From assembly GCA_965645245.1 (NCBI GenBank), contig OZ287076.1:1674001-1738000 (forward strand): 64,000 nucleotides of DNA, in the 5' to 3' direction. The notes beneath the pieces are model-generated. The model was not told where the DNA came from. It was given only the letters and a program-made list of their open reading frames with translations, and did not search any database. The translations under genes and the position numbers were made by a program. The DNA is from Massalongia carnosa (Eukaryota). Below, piece by piece: positions 63,801 to 64,000 of this stretch (positions within the stretch are counted from its first letter, which is position 1; each line of letters begins with the position of its first letter).

Positions 63801-64000
63801 CGTAGGACGGGGATGGGGACGGGTATGAGAGAGTGTGTGTGGAGGATAGATTTAAAGGTGTTTTGGGGGTTAATTTTCAGCAGGGGCGAGTTCTGGGGTT
63901 TTTATGTGGAGAAAGAGCGAGGGGATCTGAGGGCTGCGGGGAGAGGGAGAAGTTAGGGTTCGAAATCGATTAAACCAATTCATTGAACTGGACGGCCTTT

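Noticed and set aside
61480..64000. Genes in the last 2.5 kb
   Set aside because: Coding-like fragments at 61.5-62.3 kb contain stops and no recognisable family; the rest is low-complexity UTR- or promoter-like sequence.

Overview
Nuclear DNA of a filamentous ascomycete (Pezizomycotina-type genes with spliceosomal introns). Bases 1-8 kb hold ordinary core genes: a pyridoxamine-phosphate-oxidase-like gene, an EPT1/CPT1 aminoalcohol phosphotransferase and an FSH serine hydrolase. Bases 8.5-49 kb are a transposon-dense accessory block. It contains an intact hAT (20-bp TIR, 8-bp TSD), an intact Fot1/pogo element with long TIRs, an 891-bp copia-derived miniature LTR element, and an 8.5-kb nested structure bounded by a 13-bp TSD. 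That structure is a chimeric non-LTR retro-insertion: a ~1.8-kb non-coding 5' module (23-bp monomers, four tRNA T-arm/B-box modules, a ~700-nt highly base-paired region) fused to the 3' part of a Tad1-like LINE. It was later hit by a PIF/Harbinger, a second Fot1/pogo and a MITE/solo-LTR-like repeat. The same block holds decayed ORFs that resemble Starship hallmark genes by eye: a DUF3723-like gene and two divergently oriented DUF3435 captain-like tyrosine recombinases. Between the two captain-like relics lies a secreted Cys-rich repeat gene with one frameshift. Bases 50-60 kb carry an FAD oxidoreductase, a DHA14 MFS transporter bracketed by diverged inverted repeats, and a P450 with an atypical I-helix. 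All family calls come from motif recognition by eye; no searches were run.
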